Origin: an uncultured Fibrobacteraceae bacterium
GTDB taxonomy: Bacteria > Krumholzibacteriota > Krumholzibacteriia > LZORAL124-64-63
DNA length: 64,000 nucleotides
Direction of reading: 5' to 3'
NCBI GenBank assembly: GCA_964607825.1
Contig: CAZSNA010000004.1
Coordinates: forward strand, 14,160-78,159
This document shows, one piece after another, positions 50,667 through 60,675 of this stretch (within the stretch, counting starts at the first letter, position 1; the number at the start of each line of letters is the position of its first letter). Made by a program: the position numbers and the translations under genes. The notes under the pieces are model-generated. The model did not search any database and was not told the origin of the DNA. It saw only the letters and a list, made by a program, of their open reading frames with translations.

Positions 50667-51863
50667 TCAGCCGAGCCGCCCGAACACCTTCTCGATCCGA
50701 CGCATGGCCCAGTTGATGTCCTTCCGCTTGATGGTCAGCGGGGGGGCGATGCGGATCACGTTCTCGTGGGTCTCCTTGCAGAGCATGCCCTCGGCCATGA
50801 GCGCCTCGCAGTAGGGGCGGGCCGGACGGTCGAGCACCACGCCGATCCACAGGCCCACGCCGCGCACCTTCTTGATGCTCTTGGCCTTCACCTTGCGGAT
50901 GCGGTCCATGAAGTACTCGCCCTGCTTGGCCGAGTTCTGTATCAGCTTCTCGTCGACCAGCACCTCGAGCGCCTCGCTCGCCACGACGCAGCCTAGGGGG
51001 TTGCCGCCGAAGGTCGAACCGTGGTCGCCGGGGTTGAACACGCCCATGACCTCGTCGTCGGCCAGGAAGGCGCTGACGGGGTAGAAGCCGCCGCTCAGGG
51101 CCTTGCCGATGATCACGCCGTCGGGGCGCACGCCCTCCCACTCGTGGGCGAACATCTTGCCGGTGCGGCCCAGGCCGCTCTGGATCTCGTCCACGATCAG
51201 CAGCACGTCGTGCTTCTTGCACAGCGCGGCGGCCTTCTTCAGGAAGCCCTTGGGCGGGACGATGATGCCGGCCTCGCCCTGGATGGGCTCCACCATGAAG
51301 GCGACCGTGTTCTTCGTGATGGCCTTCTCCAGCGCCTTGACGTCGCCGAAGGGGATGACCTTGAAGCCGGGGGTGAAGGGGCCGAAGCCGTCCTTGTACT
51401 GGTCCTCGGTGCTGAAGCCGACGATGGTCGTGGTGCGGCCGTGGAAGTTGTCGGCGCAGACGATGATCTCGGCCTTGTCCTTCTTCACGCCCTTGATCTT
51501 GTAGCCCCACTTGCGCGCGGCCTTGATGGCGGTCTCCACGGCCTCGGCGCCCGTGTTCATGGGCAGCACGCGCTTGTAGCCGGTCATCTCGCTGAGCAGC
51601 TTGTAGAAGCCGGGCAGCTGGTCGTTGCGGAAGGCCCGGCTGGTCAGGGTGCACTTGGCGGCCTGGCGCTTGAAGGCCTTCAGCAGGCGCGGGTGGCAGT
51701 GGCCCTGGTTCACGGCGCTGTAGGCGGCCAGGCAGTCCATGAAGCGGTTGCCTTCGACGTCCTCCACCCAGATCCCGTCGGCCTTCTTGATGACCAGGTC
51801 GAGCGGGTGATAGTTGTGGGCGCCGTACGAGTCCTCCATCTCGATGAATTTCCGCGTCTTCAT
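50667..51863 (-). CDS. rocD: Ornithine--oxo-acid aminotransferase
   Basis: GAHNYHPL, AYSAVNQGHCHP, MNTGAEAVETA, EPIQGEAG, DEIQSGLGRTG, GKALSGG, HGSTFGGNP. Confidence 0.95.
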   Translation of the reverse strand: MKTRKFIEMEDSYGAHNYHPLDLVIKKADGIWVEDVEGNRFMDCLAAYSAVNQGHCHPRLLKAFKRQAAKCTLTSRAFRNDQLPGFYKLLSEMTGYKRVLPMNTGAEAVETAIKAARKWGYKIKGVKKDKAEIIVCADNFHGRTTTIVGFSTEDQYKDGFGPFTPGFKVIPFGDVKALEKAITKNTVAFMVEPIQGEAGIIVPPKGFLKKAAALCKKHDVLLIVDEIQSGLGRTGKMFAHEWEGVRPDGVIIGKALSGGFYPVSAFLADDEVMGVFNPGDHGSTFGGNPLGCVVASEALEVLVDEKLIQNSAKQGEYFMDRIRKVKAKSIKKVRGVGLWIGVVLDRPARPYCEALMAEGMLCKETHENVIRIAPPLTIKRKDINWAMRRIEKVFGRLG

Positions 51864-52380
51864 GTCGACCTCCGGGAAGGTGGAAAGGGTGTCCGCCCGA
51901 TCGGGCGCGCTTTATCGGCAGCGGCTCAAGCCGCGATTTCGCAAAGATACACGCCCATTGCGCCCTCGCGAAAAAATTTCGCTCCTCGGTTGTTTTTATA
52001 CTTGAATAATAAAAGTACTTGGCTTATTAAAGTTCTGGCGCCCGAGGGATCCCAGGGAAGGGAGCCGGAGGCGCATCGGGTCTCATCGTTCTTTGAAGGT
52101 CTGTCCGAGGGAGATTGCCGGGTCCGGAAGGAGCACCGGTTGAAGGCCGAGGCACCCGCTCCGCGGGTCGGGGAAGGACCCCCGCCGGCTACCTCCCGGA
52201 GGCCCGCGCCGGTCGGAGATCGGCGCGGCCTCCCGGTTCGGAACGCGCGCACACGCCTGGCCGACGCGTTCCGGCTCCAGCCGGGAGACAGACCGACCCG
52301 GGGGGGCGGCGGCCGTTCCCGCCGCCCCCATTCGCTCACGCCGTCCGCACGGATGCGGGCAGAGGCAAGGAGGCCTCGAG

Positions 52381-52710
52381 GTGAGCACCTCGACACCATC
52401 CCCGGAAAATACCGGGGGTGGCGCGCCCCTGTCGCCGTTGATCCACGGCCGGGCGCGACTGCTCATCCTGTCCCACCTGATCAGGGTCGGCGCGACCCCG
52501 TTCACCGAGTTGCGCGTGCGACTGGGCATGACCGACGGGTCGTTGTCGGTGCATCTGTCCAAGCTGGAGGAGGGGGGCGTGGTGGAGATCGTGAAGGAGT
52601 TCGTGGGGAAGCGCCCGCGGACGATGATCCGGATCTCCCGCCGCGGGCGCTCGCTCTTCAATCGCTACGTCCAGGAACTGCGAGACATAGTTCCAGGTCT
52701 CGACGAGTAG
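52381..52710 (+). CDS. Winged-helix transcriptional regulator (ArsR/MarR-like)
   Basis: IH...RL.I, FTEL, TDG.LS.HL.KLEE.G, K.FVGKRPRT; AAGGAGG RBS. Confidence 0.85.
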   Translation: MSTSTPSPENTGGGAPLSPLIHGRARLLILSHLIRVGATPFTELRVRLGMTDGSLSVHLSKLEEGGVVEIVKEFVGKRPRTMIRISRRGRSLFNRYVQELRDIVPGLDE

Positions 52711-54810
52711 CTACTCCCTGAAAGCACACGGCCTGTAGAAGCGGTCGGCGTATTCGTCGACCATGCGCGCCGTGCTGAACTGGGGGATGACCGTCTCCAC
52801 CGCCTCGATCATGCGGCGGATCCACTCGCCGGGCAGCCCGTCCGCGTCCCGCTCGTAGAACAGGGGCACGATCTCGTCCTCCAGCAGGGTGTAGAGGGAC
52901 TCGGCGTCGGCGGCGTCCTGCCGCTCGGGGTCCTCGTACTCGCGGTTCTCGCCGATGGCCCAACCGTTGTTCTCCTCGTAGCCCTCGCACCACCAGCCGT
53001 CGAGCACCGACAGGTTGAGCGCGCCGTTGGCGGCGGCCTTCATGCCCGAGGTGCCGCTGGCCTCCATGGGACGGCGCGGGGTGTTGAGCCAGATGTCGAC
53101 GCCCTGCACCAGGTGGCGGGCCAGGTCGATGTCGTAGTTCTCCACCAGCACCAGACGCGAGCGGAAGCGCGTCTCGCGGGAGATGTTCCAGACCTCCTGC
53201 ATGAGGTCCTTGCCCAGCTCGTTGCGCGGATGGGACTTGCCGGCGATGACGATCTGGACCGGGCGCTCGGCGTCGTTGAGCATCCGCGCCAGGCGCTCGG
53301 CGTCGCGGAACATGAGGGTGGCCCGCTTGTAGGGCGCGAAGCGTCGGGCGAAGCCGATGGTCAGGGCCCGGGGATCCAGGACGCGGGCCGCCGCCTCCGC
53401 CATCTCCGCGTCGCCGCGTTCGCGGCGGGCCTGACGGATCATGCGCTCGCGCACCATCTGCACCAGGTGGCCTCGTCGCCGCTCGTGCTCCGCCCAGAAG
53501 ACGTCGCGGGGGAGGGACTCGCCGCCGCCGAGATGCTCGCGGTAGATGGGGTCCATCTCGCCCGCGATCCAGGTGGGCAGGTGCACGCCGTTGGTGACGT
53601 GCTCGATGGGCACGCTGTCCACGTCGTTCTCGGGCCAGAGGAAGCGCCACATGTCGCGGGCGACCTCGCCGTGCAGCTCGCTGACGCCGTTGGCGAAACG
53701 CGACAGCCGCAGGGCGATGACGGTCATGCCGAAGCGCTCGCGCGCGTCGGCGGGATCGACCAGGCCGAGCCGGATCAGCTCGTCGAGCTCGACGCCCATC
53801 TGCTCGGCGTAGGGGCGCAGGTACTCGCCCACGTGCTCGCGGTCGAAGGCGTCGTTGCCCGCGGGCACCGGGGTGTGGGTCGTGAAGACGTTGCTCACGC
53901 GCGCGGCCTCGCAGGCGGCCGTGAAGTCCAGTCCGTCCTCGACCATGCCGCGGCGGATCTGCTCCACGGCCAGGAACGCCGAGTGGCCCTCGTTCAGGTG
54001 GCAGGCGTCGGGCTCGACGCCCACCGCCTGCAGGGCGCGCAGGCCGCCGATGCCCAGCAGGATCTCCTGGCGCACGCGGGTGTCCTCGGTGCCGCCGTAG
54101 AGGTGGCCGGTGATGGAGCGGTCCTCCTCGTCGTTGTCGTCGCGGTCGGTGTCCAGCAGGTACAGGGGGACGCGGCCCACCTGGATCTTCCAGATCTGCG
54201 CGCGCAGGGTGCGGCCGGGGTACTCCAGGTCGATCACCAGGGGTTCGCCGTCCTCGCCGCACTGCAGGGCCATGGGCAGCATCTCGAAGTCGCTGCGGCG
54301 GTAGTCCTCGCGCTGGCGGCCGTCGAGACCGATGTGCTGGTGGAAGTAGCCGTAGCGATAGGCCAGGCCCACCGCCGTCAGGGGCGTGCCCAGGTCGCTG
54401 GCGGCCTTCAGGTGGTCGCCGGCGAGGATGCCAAGCCCGCCCGAATAGAGGGACAGGCTCTCGTGCATGCCGAACTCGGCGGAGAAGTAGGCCACCGTCT
54501 TGCCCGTCAGGTCGATGGCCTCGGGCGCGGGGCCGGCCTCCATGTAGGCGAGGAAGCGCGCGTGGATGCGGTTCAGCACCTCCACGAAGCGCTCGTCCGC
54601 CGCCAGTGAGCAGAGTCGGGTCTCGCTGACTTCATGAAGCAGGCGGACGGGGTTGTGGCGCACGTCGTCCCAGCGGGCGGGATCGACGTCGTGGAAGAGG
54701 GTCGTGGCCTCGTGGTCCCAGCACCACCACAGGTTGCGGGCCAGGTCGCGCAGGGGCAGCAGGGATTCGGGCAGCGCCAGCTCGGCGCCGTAGTGGTCGA
54801 TCACGGACAT
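52711..54810 (-). CDS. glgP: Alpha-glucan (glycogen) phosphorylase
   Basis: NLWWCW, YFSAEFG, YSGGLGILAGDHLK, NEGH, ARRFAPYKR, EASGTSGMK. Confidence 0.95.
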   Translation of the reverse strand: MSVIDHYGAELALPESLLPLRDLARNLWWCWDHEATTLFHDVDPARWDDVRHNPVRLLHEVSETRLCSLAADERFVEVLNRIHARFLAYMEAGPAPEAIDLTGKTVAYFSAEFGMHESLSLYSGGLGILAGDHLKAASDLGTPLTAVGLAYRYGYFHQHIGLDGRQREDYRRSDFEMLPMALQCGEDGEPLVIDLEYPGRTLRAQIWKIQVGRVPLYLLDTDRDDNDEEDRSITGHLYGGTEDTRVRQEILLGIGGLRALQAVGVEPDACHLNEGHSAFLAVEQIRRGMVEDGLDFTAACEAARVSNVFTTHTPVPAGNDAFDREHVGEYLRPYAEQMGVELDELIRLGLVDPADARERFGMTVIALRLSRFANGVSELHGEVARDMWRFLWPENDVDSVPIEHVTNGVHLPTWIAGEMDPIYREHLGGGESLPRDVFWAEHERRRGHLVQMVRERMIRQARRERGDAEMAEAAARVLDPRALTIGFARRFAPYKRATLMFRDAERLARMLNDAERPVQIVIAGKSHPRNELGKDLMQEVWNISRETRFRSRLVLVENYDIDLARHLVQGVDIWLNTPRRPMEASGTSGMKAAANGALNLSVLDGWWCEGYEENNGWAIGENREYEDPERQDAADAESLYTLLEDEIVPLFYERDADGLPGEWIRRMIEAVETVIPQFSTARMVDEYADRFYRPCAFRE

Positions 54811-54919
54811 CGTAGCTCCTGGGTCGTCGGCCCCGGGGGCCGGTCGTCGGATGTTGGCCGAGGAAGATAACGCCTGGATGGCCGGTATGGCCAGTCGAGA
54901 TGCATTTTTCGGCGTCGGA

Positions 54920-55480
54920 TCAGAAGAGTTGAGCGGGTTCGATCCGGGCCCGGTCGCCGAGCGTATGTCCTTCCAGGCGCAGTAGTTGCGCCTTGAGCGA
55001 CAGCCCGCCCGCGAATCCCACCAGCGAACGGTTCACGCCCACCAGCCGGTGGCAGGGCACCAGGATCGGCACCGGGTTCTGGCCCGCGGCCTGGCCCACG
55101 GCGCGCGTGGCGTTGGGGCGACGGATCGAGCGGGCGATCTCCTTGTAGGTCTTCAGTCGGCCGTAGGGGATGCGCATCAGGGCGGTCCAGACGCGCAGCT
55201 GGAAGCTGCTGCCGTGCAGGTCCAGGGGGATGTCGAAGCCCTCCCGGTCGCCGATGAAGTACTCGCCGAGCTGTTGGCGGAGATCCTCGAAGACCTCCGG
55301 ATTCTCCTGCATCGTCTCCTCATCGCCGTCCGCGTCGGCGCGTATCTTCTTGACGTGGGCGGCCGCGCATGTGTGATAGCGGTAGGCCCGGGGCAGGAAC
55401 TCGAGACGTATCAGACCCTGATCGCTGGCCAGGGCCAGCATCGGGTTCAGGACGGTCCGCAGGAGCGCGTAGTACAGCAT
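54920..55480 (-). CDS. ogt: Methylated-DNA--protein-cysteine methyltransferase
   Basis: FQ.RVW..L..IPYG, RAVG.A...NP, PCHR active site. Confidence 0.9.
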   Translation of the reverse strand: MLYYALLRTVLNPMLALASDQGLIRLEFLPRAYRYHTCAAAHVKKIRADADGDEETMQENPEVFEDLRQQLGEYFIGDREGFDIPLDLHGSSFQLRVWTALMRIPYGRLKTYKEIARSIRRPNATRAVGQAAGQNPVPILVPCHRLVGVNRSLVGFAGGLSLKAQLLRLEGHTLGDRARIEPAQLF

Positions 55481-55564
55481 CGATCCGCCTTTCCGCCGGG
55501 GAGCCGGGAACGACGATCGGCGCATTCTAGCAGAAACGCACGTGGATAGGAAGGGGTCGGGACC

Positions 55565-56434
55565 ATGAAACTGCTGGGCTGGCAAGAGCTTGACGAGCAT
55601 CCGGCCGTGCCGCTCGGCCACGTGCTCGACCTGCGCTCGCCGGACGCGTTCGCCGCGGGTCATCTCCCCGGGGCCGCCAGCTTCGCCATCCTGTCCGCGG
55701 GACGGGACGATCTGGCCGAGGCCCTGCCGAGCGTGCTGCTGCCCCCGCGCCGCGCCCCCCTGCTGGTCTGCGGCGACGACGCCGACCGGGTGCGCGAGAT
55801 CGTCGCCTTCCTGCGCGACCGGGGCCGCGAGGCGGTCGACGGCGCCCTGCTCGACGGCACCACGGCCCCGTCCGGCCTCTGGGTGCCGGGGGCGGACTCG
55901 ACCCCTCTCTGGCGCCCGCCCCGCTTCCTGTCCGACGCCGCGAGCCTGCTGCCGCCCCCGGGCGCCGGCCCCGTCCTGGACCTGGGCTGCGGCGGCGGCC
56001 GCGCCGCGGTGTGGCTGACCCTGCTGGGCTACGACGTGACCGCCGTGGACCACCTCGAAGACGCCCTCGCCCTCGCCCGCCGCCTGGCGCAGCTCCACGA
56101 CGCGGCGCCGACCTTCCTGCGCCGCGACCTGGGCGATCCGGACCAGGTGCCGCCGGGCCCCTGGTCCCTCGTGCTGAGCGTGCGCTTCCTGGACCGTCCC
56201 CTGCTGCAACGTCTGCCCGACCTGCTGCGGCCCGGCGGCATGGTGCTGCTGCGGACCTTCCGCTGGATCGAGGACGAGCCGCGGCTGCCGCGGCGGAAGT
56301 ACTGCGTCGACATGGACGAGTTGACGGTGCTGTTCCCGCCGGATCGCTTCGAGATCCTCCGCTGCATCGATGACCGCTTCGACGACGATCGGCCCGCGGT
56401 GGGCGTGGTGGCGCGGTTGTCGGCGGGCGAGTGA
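55565..56434 (+). CDS. Rhodanese-like domain fused to a TehB-like SAM methyltransferase
   Basis: VLDLRSP..F..GHLPGA, then LDLGCGGGR.AVWL...GYDV.AVD, RFLDRPL, L.PGG. Confidence 0.75.
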   Translation: MKLLGWQELDEHPAVPLGHVLDLRSPDAFAAGHLPGAASFAILSAGRDDLAEALPSVLLPPRRAPLLVCGDDADRVREIVAFLRDRGREAVDGALLDGTTAPSGLWVPGADSTPLWRPPRFLSDAASLLPPPGAGPVLDLGCGGGRAAVWLTLLGYDVTAVDHLEDALALARRLAQLHDAAPTFLRRDLGDPDQVPPGPWSLVLSVRFLDRPLLQRLPDLLRPGGMVLLRTFRWIEDEPRLPRRKYCVDMDELTVLFPPDRFEILRCIDDRFDDDRPAVGVVARLSAGE

Positions 56435-56542
56435 TCGTCCGGGCCATTTCAGCGCGACACCCCCCTTGGCCCCACCCCCCGATTGCCATTCCCCCACCCC
56501 CGCACTATCATCGTCGCCACTCGCACACCAAGGAGATCGACC

Positions 56543-57592
56543 GTGCAGATAGGCATCCTGGGCTTCAAGTTCACGGGCAAGACCACCCTGTTCAACGCCG
56601 TGACCGGCAGCGACCAGCCCGTCGGCCAGGGGGGCGTGGAGCCGCACCTGGCGGTGGGGCGCATTCCCGATCCGCGTCTCGACAGGCTGTCGGCCATGTT
56701 CGAACCCAAGCGCACCGTCCCCGCCACAGTCGACTGGGTGGACGTGCCCGGGTTCGAGCCGACCAAGCCGGGGGGACAGGGCGAGGCCACGCGGTTCCTG
56801 GAGCACGCGCGGCGGGTGGACGCCCTGGCCCAGGTCGTGCGCTGCTTCGACAACGGGATGGAACCGCCGGCTCCCGCCGACGAGATCGAGTCGCTGGCGC
56901 TCGAGCTGGCCCTGGCCGACCTGCAGATCGTCGAGAACCGGATCGAGCGGCTCGAGAAGGACCGCGCGCGCAAGGGCAAGGTCGACAACCCGCTGGAGCC
57001 GCCGTTGATGGAGCGCTTCCGCGAGCGGCTGGAGGCCGGCGAACCCCTGCGCGACCTGGAGCTCGACCGCGACGAGATCAAGCTCTCCAGCGGCTTCTCG
57101 CTGCTGACGCTCAAGCCCATGATCCTGGTGCTCAACGGGCCGGAGGACGGCGTCGACGCGGACGTGATCGAGGCCGCGCGCGCCACCGGCGCCGAGGTGG
57201 TCGATCTGTGCGCGCAGGTGGAGGCCGAACTGGCCGAGCTGCCCGAGGACGAGCGTACCGAGTTCCTGGCGGACCTGGGCATCGCGGAGCCGGCGTCCCA
57301 TCGCATGGCCCGTTCGGCCTACGGGGCGCTGGGGCTGCACAGCTTCTTCACCGTGGGCGACGACGAATGCCGCGCCTGGACCGTCCGCCGGGGTGCGCTG
57401 GCGCCCGAGGCCGCCGGCACCATCCACTCGGACATGGAGCGCGGCTTCATCCGCGCCGAGACCTGCAGCTACGACGACCTGGTCGAGGCCGGCGGCCTGT
57501 CAGAGGTCAAGAAGCTCAACCGGATGCGCCTGGAGGGCAAGAGCTACGAGGTGCGGGACGGCGACGTCCTCAACATCCGCTTCAGCGTTTAG
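56543..57592 (+). CDS. ychF: YchF/Obg-like ATPase
   Basis: [64 protein letters not shown]. Confidence 0.85.
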   Translation: MQIGILGFKFTGKTTLFNAVTGSDQPVGQGGVEPHLAVGRIPDPRLDRLSAMFEPKRTVPATVDWVDVPGFEPTKPGGQGEATRFLEHARRVDALAQVVRCFDNGMEPPAPADEIESLALELALADLQIVENRIERLEKDRARKGKVDNPLEPPLMERFRERLEAGEPLRDLELDRDEIKLSSGFSLLTLKPMILVLNGPEDGVDADVIEAARATGAEVVDLCAQVEAELAELPEDERTEFLADLGIAEPASHRMARSAYGALGLHSFFTVGDDECRAWTVRRGALAPEAAGTIHSDMERGFIRAETCSYDDLVEAGGLSEVKKLNRMRLEGKSYEVRDGDVLNIRFSV

Positions 57593-57599
57593 GGGGGCC

Positions 57600-59513
57600 G
57601 TGACGAGACCCTGGACCGGACCCATCCTCCGCCGGCTCGGCGGACTGCTGGCGGTGGCGCTGCTGGCGGTGTTCTGGTCCTCCGTGTGGAGCGACCTGGA
57701 CCGTTCCGTGCTGTCGCGGGTGCCGGTCCTCGACGAGGCCATCTACCTGACCCAGGCCGCCGAAATGGCCGACGGCCGGCTCCTGCCCGACGAACCCTTC
57801 TTCATGTCGTCGCTCTATCCCTACCTGGTCGCCGCGACGGGGAGCGGCCGCGAGCTCTCGCCCGAGGGGGTGCGGCTCGGGGCGCCGCCCCACGTCCTGC
57901 GTCTGGTGCAGGCGTTGATGTGGCTGGGCACGGCCGTCCTGCTCTGGCGGACGGCGCGCCGGTTCGCGCCGCCGGGGATCGCCTGGCTCGCGCCGGCGTC
58001 GTGGATGCTCTACGCACCGGCCGCCGTGTTCGCGTCGGCGGTGCTGCTGGAGGTGCCGCTGGCCCTCGCGGCGACCGCGGCCCTGTTCGTCGCCACGGGC
58101 GGACCGGCCTCGACCCGCCGCGCCGTCGCCGCCGGCGTCCTCGTCGGCGCGGCGACCCTGCTGCGCACGTCGGGGGGGCTGCTGATCGTGCCGGTCGTCC
58201 TGGCGCTGGTCGGCTCCGACCGTCGGGCCTGGCGCCGAGGCGTACCGGCCCTGCTCGCCGCGGTGCTGACGGTCCTGCCGGCCGTGGCCTTCAACAGCCT
58301 CGAGACGGGGCGGCTCGTCGGGCCCAGCCTCAACGGCGGCGTGAACCTCTACATCGGCAACGGACCCGAGGCCGAGGGCTTCTACGTGAGCTACCGGGGC
58401 GTGGACGTGCGCCGGGATCTCACCGGCCGCGCCTTCCTCGGCGAGCGGATGGGGCAGGAGGTGCCCGACGCCGCGGCCGCCGACGCCGCCTGGGCGCGGG
58501 CCGGCCGCCGCGCGGTGCTCGACGACCCGCTCCGTGCGCTGGGTCTGTGGCTGCGCAAGCTGCGTCTGCACCTGGTCGCGGCGGAGATCCCGCAGATATC
58601 GCCCCTGTCGGCCTGGCGGCGCGAGGTCCCGATTCTGCGCGCGTTGCCCGTGCCCTACGGTCTGCTCTCGGCGGCCGGTCTGCTCGGGCTGTTGCTGGTC
58701 GGCCTGCGCGAACCGCGTCTGCGGCCCTGGGCCCTCGCGGCGCTGCTGTTGATCGCGGGCCAGAGCCTGTTCTTCGTGGTCTCGCGGTATCGGCTGGTGC
58801 TGGTGCCGCTCTGGGCGTTGCTGGGGACCGCGGCGGTGGGGACCCTGTGGGCGGAACGCGGCCGGCGCCTGGCGGCGGGACTCGGCCTGGGCGCGGCCTG
58901 CGCCCTGGCCGTCGCGCCCTGGGGGCTGGGCTCCGTGCTCGAGCGGCTCGAGGCCGCCGGACGGGCCAACGAGGCCGTGCGCTGGGAGAGGCTCGGGGTT
59001 CCGGCCGAGGCCTTGTCCCGCTACGAGGCGTCCCTGGCCCTGATCCCCGACCATCCCCGGCCCCGGCGCGCCGCGGCGCGGATCCACGCCGCGGCCGGCC
59101 GGATCGACGAGTCGGAACGGCTGCTGCGCCGCGGCCTGGAGATCGCCGTCCCTCCCGACGACCTGCGCCGCGACCTGATCAATCTGCTGCTCGAGGCCGG
59201 ACGTCCGGGCGAGACCCTCGATCTGCTGCGCGAGCACGTGCGCGCCCGTCCCGACGACCACGAGATGATGCACAACTACGCCGTGGCCCTGGCCGGCGCC
59301 GGTCGGGCCGACGAGGCCGAGTTCGTGGCCGGACAGCTCGTGATGGTCGCGCCGGACGACCCGCGCGGCTACATCGATCTCGGCGTGATCCTGGCGCGAC
59401 AGGGGCGGCTGGAGGAGGCGCGCACGGTGTTCCGACAGGGGCTGGAGCGTGTTCCCGGCGATCCGCGGCTGCAGGCCAACCTGGAGCGCGTGGAGGCCCG
59501 TCTCCCGGAGTGA
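57600..59513 (+). CDS. GT-C (ArnT/PMT-like) membrane glycosyltransferase with C-terminal TPRs
   Basis: LDE..Y, LYPY, NGGVNLYIGNG, FFVVSRYRL, many TM helices, TPR tail. Confidence 0.78.
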   Translation: MTRPWTGPILRRLGGLLAVALLAVFWSSVWSDLDRSVLSRVPVLDEAIYLTQAAEMADGRLLPDEPFFMSSLYPYLVAATGSGRELSPEGVRLGAPPHVLRLVQALMWLGTAVLLWRTARRFAPPGIAWLAPASWMLYAPAAVFASAVLLEVPLALAATAALFVATGGPASTRRAVAAGVLVGAATLLRTSGGLLIVPVVLALVGSDRRAWRRGVPALLAAVLTVLPAVAFNSLETGRLVGPSLNGGVNLYIGNGPEAEGFYVSYRGVDVRRDLTGRAFLGERMGQEVPDAAAADAAWARAGRRAVLDDPLRALGLWLRKLRLHLVAAEIPQISPLSAWRREVPILRALPVPYGLLSAAGLLGLLLVGLREPRLRPWALAALLLIAGQSLFFVVSRYRLVLVPLWALLGTAAVGTLWAERGRRLAAGLGLGAACALAVAPWGLGSVLERLEAAGRANEAVRWERLGVPAEALSRYEASLALIPDHPRPRRAAARIHAAAGRIDESERLLRRGLEIAVPPDDLRRDLINLLLEAGRPGETLDLLREHVRARPDDHEMMHNYAVALAGAGRADEAEFVAGQLVMVAPDDPRGYIDLGVILARQGRLEEARTVFRQGLERVPGDPRLQANLERVEARLPE

Positions 59514-59595
59514 AATCCGGCCGCAGGATGTCCGCCGCCGAAGCGTTGGGGGAGATGCATCCCAGAATGCAACCCCTCTCGAAGGAGACGAGATC

Positions 59596-60102
59596 ATGAA
59601 GACCAAGACGATCCTGGCCCTCACGCTGATCCTGCTGGCGGCGACCGCGTTGCCGGCCCTGGCCCAGTGCGGCCACGCACCCCGCGACGGCGAGGCCCCC
59701 CGCTTCGAGCGCATGACCAGGATGCTCGACCTGAGCGAGGCCCAGCAGGCCGCCATCAAGAAGATCCGCGAGGAGAGCCGCGACGAGGGCCTCCAGACCC
59801 GCAAGCAGATCATGCGTCTGCGTCACGAGCTCCAGGGCCTGATGCTCGAGGACGATCCCGATGCGGGCGAGGCCGGCAAGCTGATCAAGCGCATCGGCGA
59901 GCTCAAGAGCGAGCAGCAGGTGCGGCGCATGGAGACCCGGTTGGCCGTCCGCGCCGAGCTGACCGACGAGCAGCGCGACAAGATGATGGCCATGCAGGGC
60001 AAGAAGAAGCGCGGCCGCGGCGGCCCGGGCCGGCGGTCCGGCTGCGACGGCCACGGCCGGCACGGCGGCGAAGGCGCCTGCGGCGGACCCCGGGGACGTT
60101 AG
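59596..60102 (+). CDS. Spy/CpxP-family periplasmic protein
   Basis: Signal peptide, LDLSEAQ...LTDEQR (LTXXQ) motifs. Confidence 0.8.
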   Translation: MKTKTILALTLILLAATALPALAQCGHAPRDGEAPRFERMTRMLDLSEAQQAAIKKIREESRDEGLQTRKQIMRLRHELQGLMLEDDPDAGEAGKLIKRIGELKSEQQVRRMETRLAVRAELTDEQRDKMMAMQGKKKRGRGGPGRRSGCDGHGRHGGEGACGGPRGR

Positions 60103-60123
60103 GACCGGAAGGTGTGAACGTCC

Positions 60124-60675
60124 GTGAACGACGACGAACTGATGACGCGCATCGCGACGGGCGAGGAGGCGGCCTTCCGCCTCCTCGTCGAGCGGTGGGA
60201 GGCCCCGGTCCAGGCCTTCCTGTGGCGCATGACCGGCTCGCGGGAAGAGGCAGAGGACCTGACGCAGGACACCTTCGTCAAGGTCCACGCCCACGCCGGA
60301 CGCTACGTGCCGGCGGATCGCTTCCAGAGCTGGCTGTTCCGGATCGCGGGCAACCTGGTGCGGAGCTGGGCGCGTCGCCGGAAGATCGTCGGCTGGATCC
60401 GCTGGGATCCCTCGGACCACGATCGTCCCGGGGACGGACCGGCCCCCGACGCCGGCCTGGAAGCCGACGAGACGAGCCGGCGGGTGCAGGCGGCCCTGGC
60501 CGAACTGCCGGAACGGCAGCGGCAGGCCGTGGTCCTGCGCCGGTATCACGAGATGAGCCAGCGGGAGATCGCCGAGGCCCTGGACACGACCGAGGGCGCG
60601 GTGGAATCCCTGCTGATCCGGGCGATGGCGGGCCTGCGCCGGCGGCTCGCGCCCCAGACGGGAGATGAATCATGA
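60124..60675 (+). CDS. ECF RNA polymerase sigma factor
   Basis: AEDLTQDTF, WLFRIA.N, LPERQR, EIAEAL....GAVES. Confidence 0.92.
   Translation: MNDDELMTRIATGEEAAFRLLVERWEAPVQAFLWRMTGSREEAEDLTQDTFVKVHAHAGRYVPADRFQSWLFRIAGNLVRSWARRRKIVGWIRWDPSDHDRPGDGPAPDAGLEADETSRRVQAALAELPERQRQAVVLRRYHEMSQREIAEALDTTEGAVESLLIRAMAGLRRRLAPQTGDES

Noticed and set aside
52117-52140. GGTCCGGAAGGAGCA resembles SRP RNA helix 8
   Set aside because: It lacks the CAGG and AGCAG internal-loop residues and I see no long flanking helix.
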